DNA of 21,964 bases from Candidatus Brocadiaceae bacterium (lineage in GTDB: Bacteria; Planctomycetota; Brocadiia; Brocadiales; Brocadiaceae): assembly GCA_030650655.1 (NCBI GenBank), contig JAUSDH010000177.1:1-21964 (forward strand), given 5' to 3'. Position numbers and translations under genes: made by a program. The stretch's first letter is position 1. Each line of letters begins with the position of its first letter. Positions 15,620 to 21,964 of the stretch are shown here, piece after piece. The notes below the pieces were generated by a model. That model had not been told where the DNA came from. It searched no databases and saw only the letters and a list, made by a program, of their open reading frames with translations.

Positions 15620-16861
15620 TTACGGTTTGTATTTGGAGATAATTAATGATGAATTATTTCCTAATCGCGAGAATGAGTTTATAAGGACGTTTTTGACTGG
15701 GACAGCCCGGCAGTTGTTTGGCACGTAATCTAAATCACATTCTACATCAAGTTCCTTATAATTTATTGTGGGCGGAATTGTGTGTGTTTTGATGGACATC
15801 AATGCGGCTATTGTTTGTAATGCACCCGAGGCGTCAAAACATTCACCTGTCATAGATTTGATGGCTGACACAGGGATAAGTTTTGCCCGCATGCCAAATA
15901 CCTCTTTGATAACTTTGGTTTCAAGAGCATCACCATGAACACCGGAATAGGCATTAGCAGAAATATAGGAAATGTCATGCAGTGTCAGATTGGCGTCGCT
16001 AATGGCGTTCATAATGGCTCTCTTGTTACCGTCAATTTGATATTCTTTGCTGACGGCCATTTTAGGCTCGAATGCAGTTCCATAACCCTTAACCTCTGCA
16101 TATATGTGCGCATTTCTCTTCAATGCATCTTCCAAAGTTTCAAGAATAACCAATGCCGATGCTTCGCCAATAATCATTCCATTTCGCCGCTTATCAAATG
16201 GAGCACAAATTTCCAGCGTCCCATTCTTGCTGCCAGCCAGTATCTTTGAATTATGGGAGCCCCAAAATATGTCATGGGTTAAACCATGTACGCCGCCAAC
16301 AACGACCGCCTTTACACGACCCATCCGAAGGAAATCAGAGGCATAAATAATCGCATCGATACCGCTTGTTACGCCGTTTGAAATGGTAGTATTGAGTCCG
16401 GTGGCTTTACAGAAAATAGAGGCACGGCTTGCGGGTGCATTCAACACGGTGTTAGGAAAGTCCATGGGATTGACATAACTAGGACCTTCACGCAAAGACT
16501 GGAAATCAAAGGAACTGATGCTGTCAATACTTCCATAGGTAGAGCCAACAACAATGCCTAGTTCATCACCGCTATAGGTATTATTTTCAAGGTTCGCATC
16601 TTTTATGGCAAGAACCGTTCCTGATGATACAAGGAGTGAGGTTCTATCGATATGTCGGATTCCTTTTTGACCAAGATAAATCTTGGCATCAAAATCAGAG
16701 ATTTCTCCAGCCTGTTTGCTATTAAATTTACTTACATCAAACAGGGTGACAGGTTTTATACCCGATACACCTTCGGTTAAATTTTTCCAAAAAACATCCT
16801 TGTCTGACCCGAGAGGAGAGATAACCGAAACACCTGTAATAACGATTCTCGCTTTTTCCAT
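15620..16861 (-). CDS. Ketosynthase-like protein lacking the catalytic triad (KS-beta / chain-length-factor-like partner)
   Basis: Full-length thiolase/KS fold, collinear with the adjacent KS, but Cys->Val ('TISNGVTSG' vs 'ITTACAAG'), His->Asn ('SANAYSG' vs 'SAHGTGT') and His->Glu ('KSMTGECF' vs 'KSMIGHTM'). ATG at 16861 follows 'gaagg'; the track starts one codon earlier at a GTG at 16864. Confidence 0.85.
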   Translation of the reverse strand: MEKARIVITGVSVISPLGSDKDVFWKNLTEGVSGIKPVTLFDVSKFNSKQAGEISDFDAKIYLGQKGIRHIDRTSLLVSSGTVLAIKDANLENNTYSGDELGIVVGSTYGSIDSISSFDFQSLREGPSYVNPMDFPNTVLNAPASRASIFCKATGLNTTISNGVTSGIDAIIYASDFLRMGRVKAVVVGGVHGLTHDIFWGSHNSKILAGSKNGTLEICAPFDKRRNGMIIGEASALVILETLEDALKRNAHIYAEVKGYGTAFEPKMAVSKEYQIDGNKRAIMNAISDANLTLHDISYISANAYSGVHGDALETKVIKEVFGMRAKLIPVSAIKSMTGECFDASGALQTIAALMSIKTHTIPPTINYKELDVECDLDYVPNNCRAVPVKNVLINSFSRLGNNSSLIISKYKP

Positions 16862-16874
16862 CACAAACCTTCTT

Positions 16875-18095
16875 TTATCCTGTGAACTTTTTTACAACCA
16901 GACAGCTATTGTTACCGCCAAATGCATGGGCATTGTTCAAAGCAATAGTTACCTGTTGTTTTCTCATAACATTAGGTACATAATCCAGATCACATTCAGG
17001 ATCCGGCGTTTCATAATTTATTGTAGGAGGAATGATATCGTTCTGGACAACTAATGCGCAAGTAATTGCCTCAATTGCACTGGCCGCACCCATGGTATGC
17101 CCAATCATGGATTTTATTGAACTAATTGCAAGGTTCTTGGGTTTATTCCCGAACACCTTTTTAATTGAAATCGTTTCAGCCTTGTCATTGGCAGGAGTTC
17201 CCGTTCCATGTGCGCTAACATACTGGACATCTTCAGGACTCAGGTTTGCGTTTTTTAAAGCCTTTTTCATGGCAGAGACAACACCTTCACCGTCGGGATG
17301 TGGTATAGTAATATGGTACGCATCACAGCTAAGCCCATAACCGATAATTTCAGCATAAATATTCGCATTTCTTTTTGTTGCATGGTCAAGCGATTCCAGA
17401 AGAAGCATTCCTGCACCTTCGCCCACCATCATGCCTTTCCTGTTTTTGTCAAAGGGCTGGCAGATATCAGGGGCAATAGCGCCCAGTCTGGCGAATCCCG
17501 TATAGGCAACTTTCGAAAAAGGATCCGAGCCACCGGAAAGCATCATGTCCACCCTTCCAAATTTAATCAAGTCACAGGCATATCCAATTGCATAATTACC
17601 CGCGGCGCAAGCAGTGGTGATAATCGTATTAGGACCTTTCAAGCCAAACTCAATAGCAATATTAGCCGGGATATTATTACACGGATGCATCAAAAACAGG
17701 TCAGGAGCAACTTTGTCTTCACCTTCTTTATGCCTGATATAATTGACTTTCTCCAGGATTTGTATTTCACCAGCGGTTGTTCCTACAGAAACCCCAATCC
17801 GTTCTAAATCAACTATACTCAAATCAAGCTTTGCGTCGTTTAAGACCAGCTTTGCGGCTGCTATCGCAAACTGAGAACCTTTGCCAATATTTTTAAGGAC
17901 GCCATTTTTTATATAATCCGAATAAGTAAAATTTTTAACTTCACATCCTTTATGTACCTTATAGCCTGAAGTATCTATGCACGTCACGTCGTCCACTCCA
18001 GACACCCCTGCAATAAGGGCATTCCAAAATGTGTCCTTGCCCGACCCGATAGGGGTGATCATTCCTACGCCTGTTATCACAACACGTTTATTCAT
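16875..18095 (-). CDS. fabF: Beta-ketoacyl-ACP synthase II-type ketosynthase (intact Cys-His-His triad)
   Basis: '[13 protein letters not shown]' (active Cys), '[14 protein letters not shown]' and '[12 protein letters not shown]' (both His). 406 aa. Starts 3 nt after the FabZ stop. Confidence 0.9.
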   Translation of the reverse strand: MNKRVVITGVGMITPIGSGKDTFWNALIAGVSGVDDVTCIDTSGYKVHKGCEVKNFTYSDYIKNGVLKNIGKGSQFAIAAAKLVLNDAKLDLSIVDLERIGVSVGTTAGEIQILEKVNYIRHKEGEDKVAPDLFLMHPCNNIPANIAIEFGLKGPNTIITTACAAGNYAIGYACDLIKFGRVDMMLSGGSDPFSKVAYTGFARLGAIAPDICQPFDKNRKGMMVGEGAGMLLLESLDHATKRNANIYAEIIGYGLSCDAYHITIPHPDGEGVVSAMKKALKNANLSPEDVQYVSAHGTGTPANDKAETISIKKVFGNKPKNLAISSIKSMIGHTMGAASAIEAITCALVVQNDIIPPTINYETPDPECDLDYVPNVMRKQQVTIALNNAHAFGGNNSCLVVKKFTG

Positions 18096-18098
18096 AAA

Positions 18099-18551
18099 CT
18101 ATACCAAAGCACTTTTTTCTGCGATGCCAAAGGTCAACGATGCCTTAGCAACGGTTTTTTCTTCAACTTTTACCGTTGCCTGAACAATAGCTCCCTTGGA
18201 GACAATTTTCTCCACGATGATTTCTATAAAGAGTTGGTCGCCGGGGAATACAGGTTTTGTAAACCGTGCATTATTAATGGATGCCAATAAAAAAACGGTA
18301 TTCTTGTCGTTTTGCTGGGTGGGAAGGCTCTTCCTGAATAAGATAATAGAAGCCTGTGCCATCGCCTCGATGATCAAGACCCCCGGCATGATAGCAAAAT
18401 CAGGAAAATGTCCGACAAAGACGGGTTCGTTGCCGGATACATTTTTTACACAAACAATTTTTTTCCCTTCTTCGAGATCAACAACCTTATCAATAAATAG
18501 AAAAGGGTATTTTTGAGGGAGAAGAGATCGAATTTCCTCAAATAGTATCAT
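18099..18551 (-). CDS. fabZ: 3-hydroxyacyl-ACP dehydratase
   Basis: 'LLPQKYPFLFIDKV' and 'GHFPDFAIMPGVLIIEAMAQAS' give the canonical FabZ His/Glu motif. 150 aa. Confidence 0.9.
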   Translation of the reverse strand: MILFEEIRSLLPQKYPFLFIDKVVDLEEGKKIVCVKNVSGNEPVFVGHFPDFAIMPGVLIIEAMAQASIILFRKSLPTQQNDKNTVFLLASINNARFTKPVFPGDQLFIEIIVEKIVSKGAIVQATVKVEEKTVAKASLTFGIAEKSALV

Positions 18552-18654
18552 CGTAAGTATGCTTTTTTTGTGTTAATCATGTAAAGTATTACTCGGTAAT
18601 ATTGCTGCACAATAATATGGCGCTCTAATTTATTTTTAAATTTTTAATAAAGTT

Positions 18655-18704
18655 TTACCACCTTTATCTACCGTTTATTAAGAAGGGTAAGTAAAGGGTG
18701 GTAA
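18655..18704 (-). other. Imperfect hairpin in the ACP-FabZ spacer (possible partial terminator or processing site)
   Basis: TTACCACCTTTA (18655-18666) pairs with TAAAGGGTGGTAA (18692-18704): 12 bp with one bulged G and a 25-nt loop. On the transcribed strand it lies 37 nt after the ACP stop and is followed by A/T-rich sequence. Confidence 0.3.
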
Positions 18705-18740
18705 TTGGTTTGTGTCTTGCTGCGCTATGTATCAAGCATC

Positions 18741-19010
18741 TTATGAGGTGAGTTTGCCGCTTTCTGCCAATACTGATTTTGTTAAATTAATTGTCGCGTT
18801 TAATGAGGTAATATCTACTAGCTTTTCTTCAGGTATCTGCACTTTGAACTTCTTTTCAATGAGTGCTAGAATTTCAAGGGCTAAGAGGGAATCTATCTCA
18901 AGGTCTTTAAAGAAATTTGCATCTCTTTTGTCCCAAATCTCCTTTTCGTCTAACTCAGTAACCTCAGCGACGATTGCGGTTACACCTTTTTCAATCTCTC
19001 CAGCGTCCAA
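18741..19010 (-). CDS. Acyl carrier protein (dedicated, divergent from housekeeping AcpP)
   Basis: 89 aa, acidic, with phosphopantetheine attachment motif 'LEIDSLLALEIL' (DSL). TTG start 6 nt after a strong SD 'aaaggagga'. The antisense 105-aa track ORF has no recognisable features. Confidence 0.85.
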   Translation of the reverse strand: MDAGEIEKGVTAIVAEVTELDEKEIWDKRDANFFKDLEIDSLLALEILALIEKKFKVQIPEEKLVDITSLNATINLTKSVLAESGKLTS

Positions 19011-19046
19011 AATTATCCTCCTTTATTAAACGACCTAAACAAAAGA

Positions 19047-19183
19047 CACATATATAACTCTGTTGATTAAGTCCCCAAAACACTCATTTTTGAAGAATAT
19101 CGATTTCGTAACCCATTGATAAAACGACACTTAATTTTTGACATTTTTGTAAAAACAGAGTTAATCAACAGATACATATATAT
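19047..19183. repeat. 21-nt imperfect inverted repeat pair flanking a 90-bp spacer in the operon leader
   Basis: Perfect 12-nt cores TCTGTTGATTAA (19059-19070) and TTAATCAACAGA (19161-19172). Arms extend outward to 18/21 matches through 'atatat' tracts. Starts 37 nt upstream of the ACP start codon. Confidence 0.6.
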
Positions 19184-19211
19184 TCATAGTAAATTGAAAA
19201 TAACGAAAAAT

Positions 19212-19240
19212 ATAGTAGCAGACATAATTTATATTGTCAA
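19212..19240 (-). promoter_or_regulatory. Candidate sigma70-type promoter for the ACP operon (TTGACA-17 nt-TACTAT on the minus strand)
   Basis: Minus-strand -35 TTGACA is the complement of 19235-19240. 17-nt spacer. The -10 TACTAT is the complement of 19212-19217 (4/6 match). This would give a ~195-nt leader containing the inverted repeat. Weak evidence in AT-rich DNA. Confidence 0.25.
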
Positions 19241-19299
19241 TAATATTCTTTAACTCGGTAGAAAAGAAATTATTAAGTATCGAAATTAAATTTAAAGGC

Positions 19300-19322
19300 A
19301 CACCATCAACTGATTGTGGTGT
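19300..19322 (-). terminator. Possible weak terminator hairpin between the hypothetical gene and the ACP operon promoter
   Basis: ACACCATCAA / TTGTGGTGT gives a 9 bp stem with one bulge and a 4-nt loop. On the minus strand it is followed by 'gcctttaaatttaattt'. Confidence 0.25.
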
Positions 19323-19590
19323 TAGTTCGTAGGTAAAAGCTTATGCTCTGATACTGGGTCTTACTGGCATTAGGGGAGGAATAAGTTCACGCCGATTGCA
19401 GCCAAAACTTAAAAATCCGCAAACCTCACGAAAGCAAAAATTTCATCGGTAGAGCAGTACACACAACCAAATTTACAACGTCTGATAATATATATTATGT
19501 TACAATAAAAAGCAGCTTTAACAAACCTTGGGTATTCGCATCTTTTTGGCTCTGTATTCCAAACTCACCTTTCATCAAAACGCAACACAC

Positions 19591-20202
19591 CTATTTTGCC
19601 TTCCTTGGTGACCTCTTTTCTGATATTGATCCATGTTGTCTGAGTTTATCCAGTGCACTTAATGCCTTATATATTTGTCTTTCTAAAATGGTCTCATATT
19701 TAGATAATTCCTCAAGCCTATTTTTACCCTCAGTTATTTTTAATGCCTTTAATTGAGATAGTTCTTTATTTGTCCTTTTTCTAGTCCTAAAAAATCCCCG
19801 CTCGTACTCTTGAATGCAAGACGACTCAAACTCTATTATTTGACTTTCTATCTTCAAACACCGTTTCAATCGCCAGATACTAGAAACTATGCGATCCACA
19901 AGAATTGATTCTATTTCTCCAGAAGGTTTTAATTCTTTTAAAAGCTTGTTTCTGATCTCGTCAAGTGCAGATGCACATTCCCCTTCTATTAATATTTCGC
20001 TGCTAAAGATATAATGCCTTGCGGTACTCTCTGCAGGTTTTACTGTTTCGGAGGTTGTTTTGCTTTCTTTACTTTCTGATTTTGGCGGGTTTGATTGCAC
20101 GGGCAGTTTAACTATTGTATTCATTATCTTATCGACCTTTTCTTTGTTGCTGGTTTCCTTATTTCTCCTACGCAAAATATCTTCTTTCAATATCGTTGCC
20201 AT
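19591..20202 (-). CDS. Hypothetical protein (203 aa): Lys/Ser/Glu-rich N-terminal half, predicted helical/coiled-coil C-terminal half
   Basis: Long ORF. I place the start at the ATG at 20202 (MATILKEDIL...), 4 nt after a strong SD 'gggagga'. The track's extra 41 N-terminal residues have no RBS. I recognise no family motif. Confidence 0.6.
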   Translation of the reverse strand: MATILKEDILRRRNKETSNKEKVDKIMNTIVKLPVQSNPPKSESKESKTTSETVKPAESTARHYIFSSEILIEGECASALDEIRNKLLKELKPSGEIESILVDRIVSSIWRLKRCLKIESQIIEFESSCIQEYERGFFRTRKRTNKELSQLKALKITEGKNRLEELSKYETILERQIYKALSALDKLRQHGSISEKRSPRKAK

Positions 20203-20465
20203 AATTCCTCCCTTTCTTGTTTCGGAAATATCCGCAGGGTAATAGTTATATTTATTCTGAACGGAAAACGAAGAATCTAAAATTAGATTTGAACATACTA
20301 TCTCATAATTGATGAAATTATTCAATAAATATTTTTAATAATACACTGATTTCCCTTATAAAATTGGAATAAATTGGGTTATAAACAACTCTGTCGTATA
20401 CAATTTAAATTATACAATAGTACGGAGCTTGCTTTACTCCCACATATTTAATAAAATTAAAATCT

Positions 20466-21101
20466 ATGAAAATTAATGAGATCTTTAAGAGTATTCAAGG
20501 AGAGACATCTTATGCCGGCCTGCCATGCGCCTTCATACGTATAACAGGTTGTAATTTACGCTGTAGCTACTGCGACACCACTTACGCTTATGAAGATGGG
20601 AAAGAAATGTCCTTGAGTACTATTCTTGAATGCATTGCAGGATTCAAGACTAAAATAGTCTGTGTTACTGGAGGTGAACCGCTGTCGAGTCAGGACACGC
20701 CCCTGCTGATAAAAGAGTTAATGAATAAAAATTATACTGTTTTAGTCGAAACAAACGGCAGCTACGATATCCGCACAATTCCTCAAGAAGCTATTAAAAT
20801 CATGGATATCAAATGCCCCGACAGCAATATGAGTCATTTCATGAACTGGCATAATATTAACTATCTGACAAAATTTGATGAGGTGAAATTTGTCTTAAGT
20901 TCACGGAAAGATTATGACTGGACGAAGGCTGTAATACATAAATATAATTTATCTAAAATTGCTCATGTGTTAATAGGAGCTGTCTTTGGTACAATCTCTC
21001 CACGATTGGTTGTGCAATGGATTTTGGAAGATAATCTCGATGTGCGATTTCAGCTCCAACTCCATAAATATATTTGGGAACCGCAAACAAGAGGAGTATA
21101 G
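20466..21101 (+). CDS. queE: 7-carboxy-7-deazaguanine synthase (radical SAM)
   Basis: 'EIFKSIQGETSYAGLPCAFIRITGCNLRCSYCDTTYA' is the QueE signature, including Cx3Cx2C. 211 aa. Confidence 0.9.
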   Translation: MKINEIFKSIQGETSYAGLPCAFIRITGCNLRCSYCDTTYAYEDGKEMSLSTILECIAGFKTKIVCVTGGEPLSSQDTPLLIKELMNKNYTVLVETNGSYDIRTIPQEAIKIMDIKCPDSNMSHFMNWHNINYLTKFDEVKFVLSSRKDYDWTKAVIHKYNLSKIAHVLIGAVFGTISPRLVVQWILEDNLDVRFQLQLHKYIWEPQTRGV

Positions 21102-21104
21102 TTT

Positions 21105-21179
21105 CGATGTATGATTTACGATGTACGATTTGCGATTTAAAGACTGAAAAATAAATCGTAACTCCCAAATCGTAAATCT
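21105..21179. repeat. Short tandem and inverted repeat cluster in the queE-queC spacer
   Basis: 14-nt units CGATGTATGATTTA (21105-21118) and CGATGTACGATTTG (21119-21132), plus partial CGATTTA (21133-21139). These are followed by two inverted copies AAATCGTA (21153-21160, 21168-21175) complementary to TACGATTT. Confidence 0.6.
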
Positions 21180-21214
21180 AAAATGTTTCTCAATTTATTC
21201 GGATAAGGATACTA

Positions 21215-21964
21215 ATGAAGGATTTAGCTATTGTACTCGTCAGCGGCGGTATGGATAGCTGCGTAACCACGGCTATCGCAAATTCACAATACCAGCTCGC
21301 TCTCTTACACGTTAATTACAGCCAGCGCACCGAATCGCGGGAGCTTAATGCCTTTTGGGATATTGCATCGTTCTACAACATTCCTGAAGACAGGATTCTC
21401 ATATCCAATATTGATTATCTCCGCAAGATTGGTGGTTCGAGTCTAACGGACTTGAGCATAAACGTTCAGGATGCTCAGTCGCATAGTAAAGAAATTCCTA
21501 CCTCTTATGTCCCATTTAGAAATACGCTTTTTTTGACCATTGCCGTTTCCTGGGGAGAGGTTATTGGGGCGAAGAAGGTATTTATTGGCGCTGTGGAACA
21601 GGATAGCCCTGGTTATCCCGATTGCAGGCCAATCTATTATGAAACCTTTAATAGGCTCATCAAAGTAGGAACAAAGCCCACAACGTGCATCGAGGTAGAA
21701 ACACCTCTTATTAGCAAGAGCAAATCAGAGATTGTGAAAATGGGCATTTCTTTAAATGCACCGCTACATCTCAGTTGGTCGTGTTACAAAAACACAGATA
21801 AGGCATGCGGCGTATGTCATAGCTGTTTCTTACGGCTAAAGGCCTTTAAAGAAGCAGGGGTCAATGATCCGATTGTTTATAGTATTGACAAGAAAACACC
21901 CCTCACCCAGACCCTCTCCCACAAGGGGCGAGGGGACTTTCCCTCCCTCGATGGGAGGGATTAA
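21215..21964 (+). CDS. queC: 7-cyano-7-deazaguanine synthase (PP-loop ATPase) with a repeat-encoded C-terminal extension
   Basis: 'AIVLVSGGMDSCV' PP-loop (SGGxDS). Zn-cysteine cluster 'SCYK...ACGVCHSCFLRLKAF'. SD 'aagga' upstream. The last ~25 aa are read through a GC-rich repeat. Confidence 0.9.
   Translation: MKDLAIVLVSGGMDSCVTTAIANSQYQLALLHVNYSQRTESRELNAFWDIASFYNIPEDRILISNIDYLRKIGGSSLTDLSINVQDAQSHSKEIPTSYVPFRNTLFLTIAVSWGEVIGAKKVFIGAVEQDSPGYPDCRPIYYETFNRLIKVGTKPTTCIEVETPLISKSKSEIVKMGISLNAPLHLSWSCYKNTDKACGVCHSCFLRLKAFKEAGVNDPIVYSIDKKTPLTQTLSHKGRGDFPSLDGRD
21897..21960. repeat. GC-rich palindromic (REP-like) element at the queC 3' end
   Basis: Sharp local switch from AT-rich to GC-rich sequence. 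Perfect hairpin TCCCTCCC-tcgat-GGGAGGGA (21940-21960). Imperfect pairing of CCCCTCACCC (21899-21908) with GGGCGAGGGG (21926-21935). Confidence 0.6.

Noticed and set aside
17298-17807. 169-aa plus-strand ORF, plus 17032-17340(+), 15935-16346(+) and 16683-17054(+)
   Set aside because: All are antisense to the two ketosynthase genes and have no motifs.
18712-19029. 105-aa plus-strand ORF overlapping the ACP locus
   Set aside because: The minus-strand frame has the DSL phosphopantetheine motif, acidic ACP composition and a strong SD. The plus frame has none of these.
19047-19183. Interpretation of the inverted-repeat-bounded ~137-bp segment as a MITE
   Set aside because: No target-site duplication flanks the arms, and I see no second copy in the window. 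It is retained only as a regulatory or structural repeat.
20203-20325. 41-codon N-terminal extension of the hypothetical protein ORF
   Set aside because: There is no RBS at 20325, whereas the internal ATG at 20202 has GGGAGGA 4 nt upstream. The extension is AT-rich, low-complexity read-through of the promoter region.
20326-20465. Possible preQ1 riboswitch upstream of queE (and in the queE-queC spacer)
   Set aside because: I could not find the conserved preQ1-I/II core or pseudoknot pattern by eye. Only an Rfam covariance search could settle this, so I make no claim.
21107-21154. 15-codon micro-ORF MYDLRCTICDLKTEK in the queE-queC spacer
   Set aside because: Its sequence is dictated by the nucleotide tandem repeat, and there is no independent coding evidence. 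It is mentioned only within the repeat finding.
1-21964. Scan for CRISPR arrays, tRNA/rRNA genes, transposases/integrases and recognisable defence-system genes
   Set aside because: I saw no regularly spaced direct repeats, cloverleaf-like or rRNA-like sequence, or DDE, tyrosine- or serine-recombinase motifs. This was a scan by eye, so absence is not proof.

Overview
AT-rich bacterial chromosomal window. I recognised no rRNA, tRNA, CRISPR array or transposase, and I can support 24 protein-coding genes. Three of these are absent from the supplied ORF track: an edge-truncated TolC/CzcC-like gene at 1-1212(-), a 53-aa Cys-rich peptide at 5496-5657(-), and a 42-aa membrane peptide at 11994-12122(-).

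Gene order, left to right:
- a BlaI/BlaR1-like regulator pair with an outer-membrane efflux factor
- cpsB-like phosphatase and a GalE-like epimerase
- rplM-rpsI
- a stand-alone FabZ-like dehydratase
- a minus-strand run of HAD hydrolase, alpha-glucan phosphorylase, ALS-like ThDP enzyme, dihydrolipoyl dehydrogenase and a possible PNPOx-like protein
- the stand-out six-gene minus-strand operon at 19010->12693
- an orphan coiled-coil protein
- queE and queC

The six-gene operon encodes a dedicated ACP, FabZ, an intact KS, a KS-like protein lacking the whole Cys-His-His triad, a CrtI-type FAD desaturase, and a B12-binding radical SAM enzyme. It is bounded by a ~580-bp leader and a perfect 15-bp hairpin terminator.

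From memory, this gene order matches a candidate ladderane-lipid cluster proposed by comparative genomics for anammox Planctomycetes ('Ca. Kuenenia'-like). As far as I know its chemistry has never been demonstrated. The taxonomic and pathway assignments are inference; no searches could be run. Everything else rests on motifs read directly from the translations and on repeats and hairpins read from the DNA.
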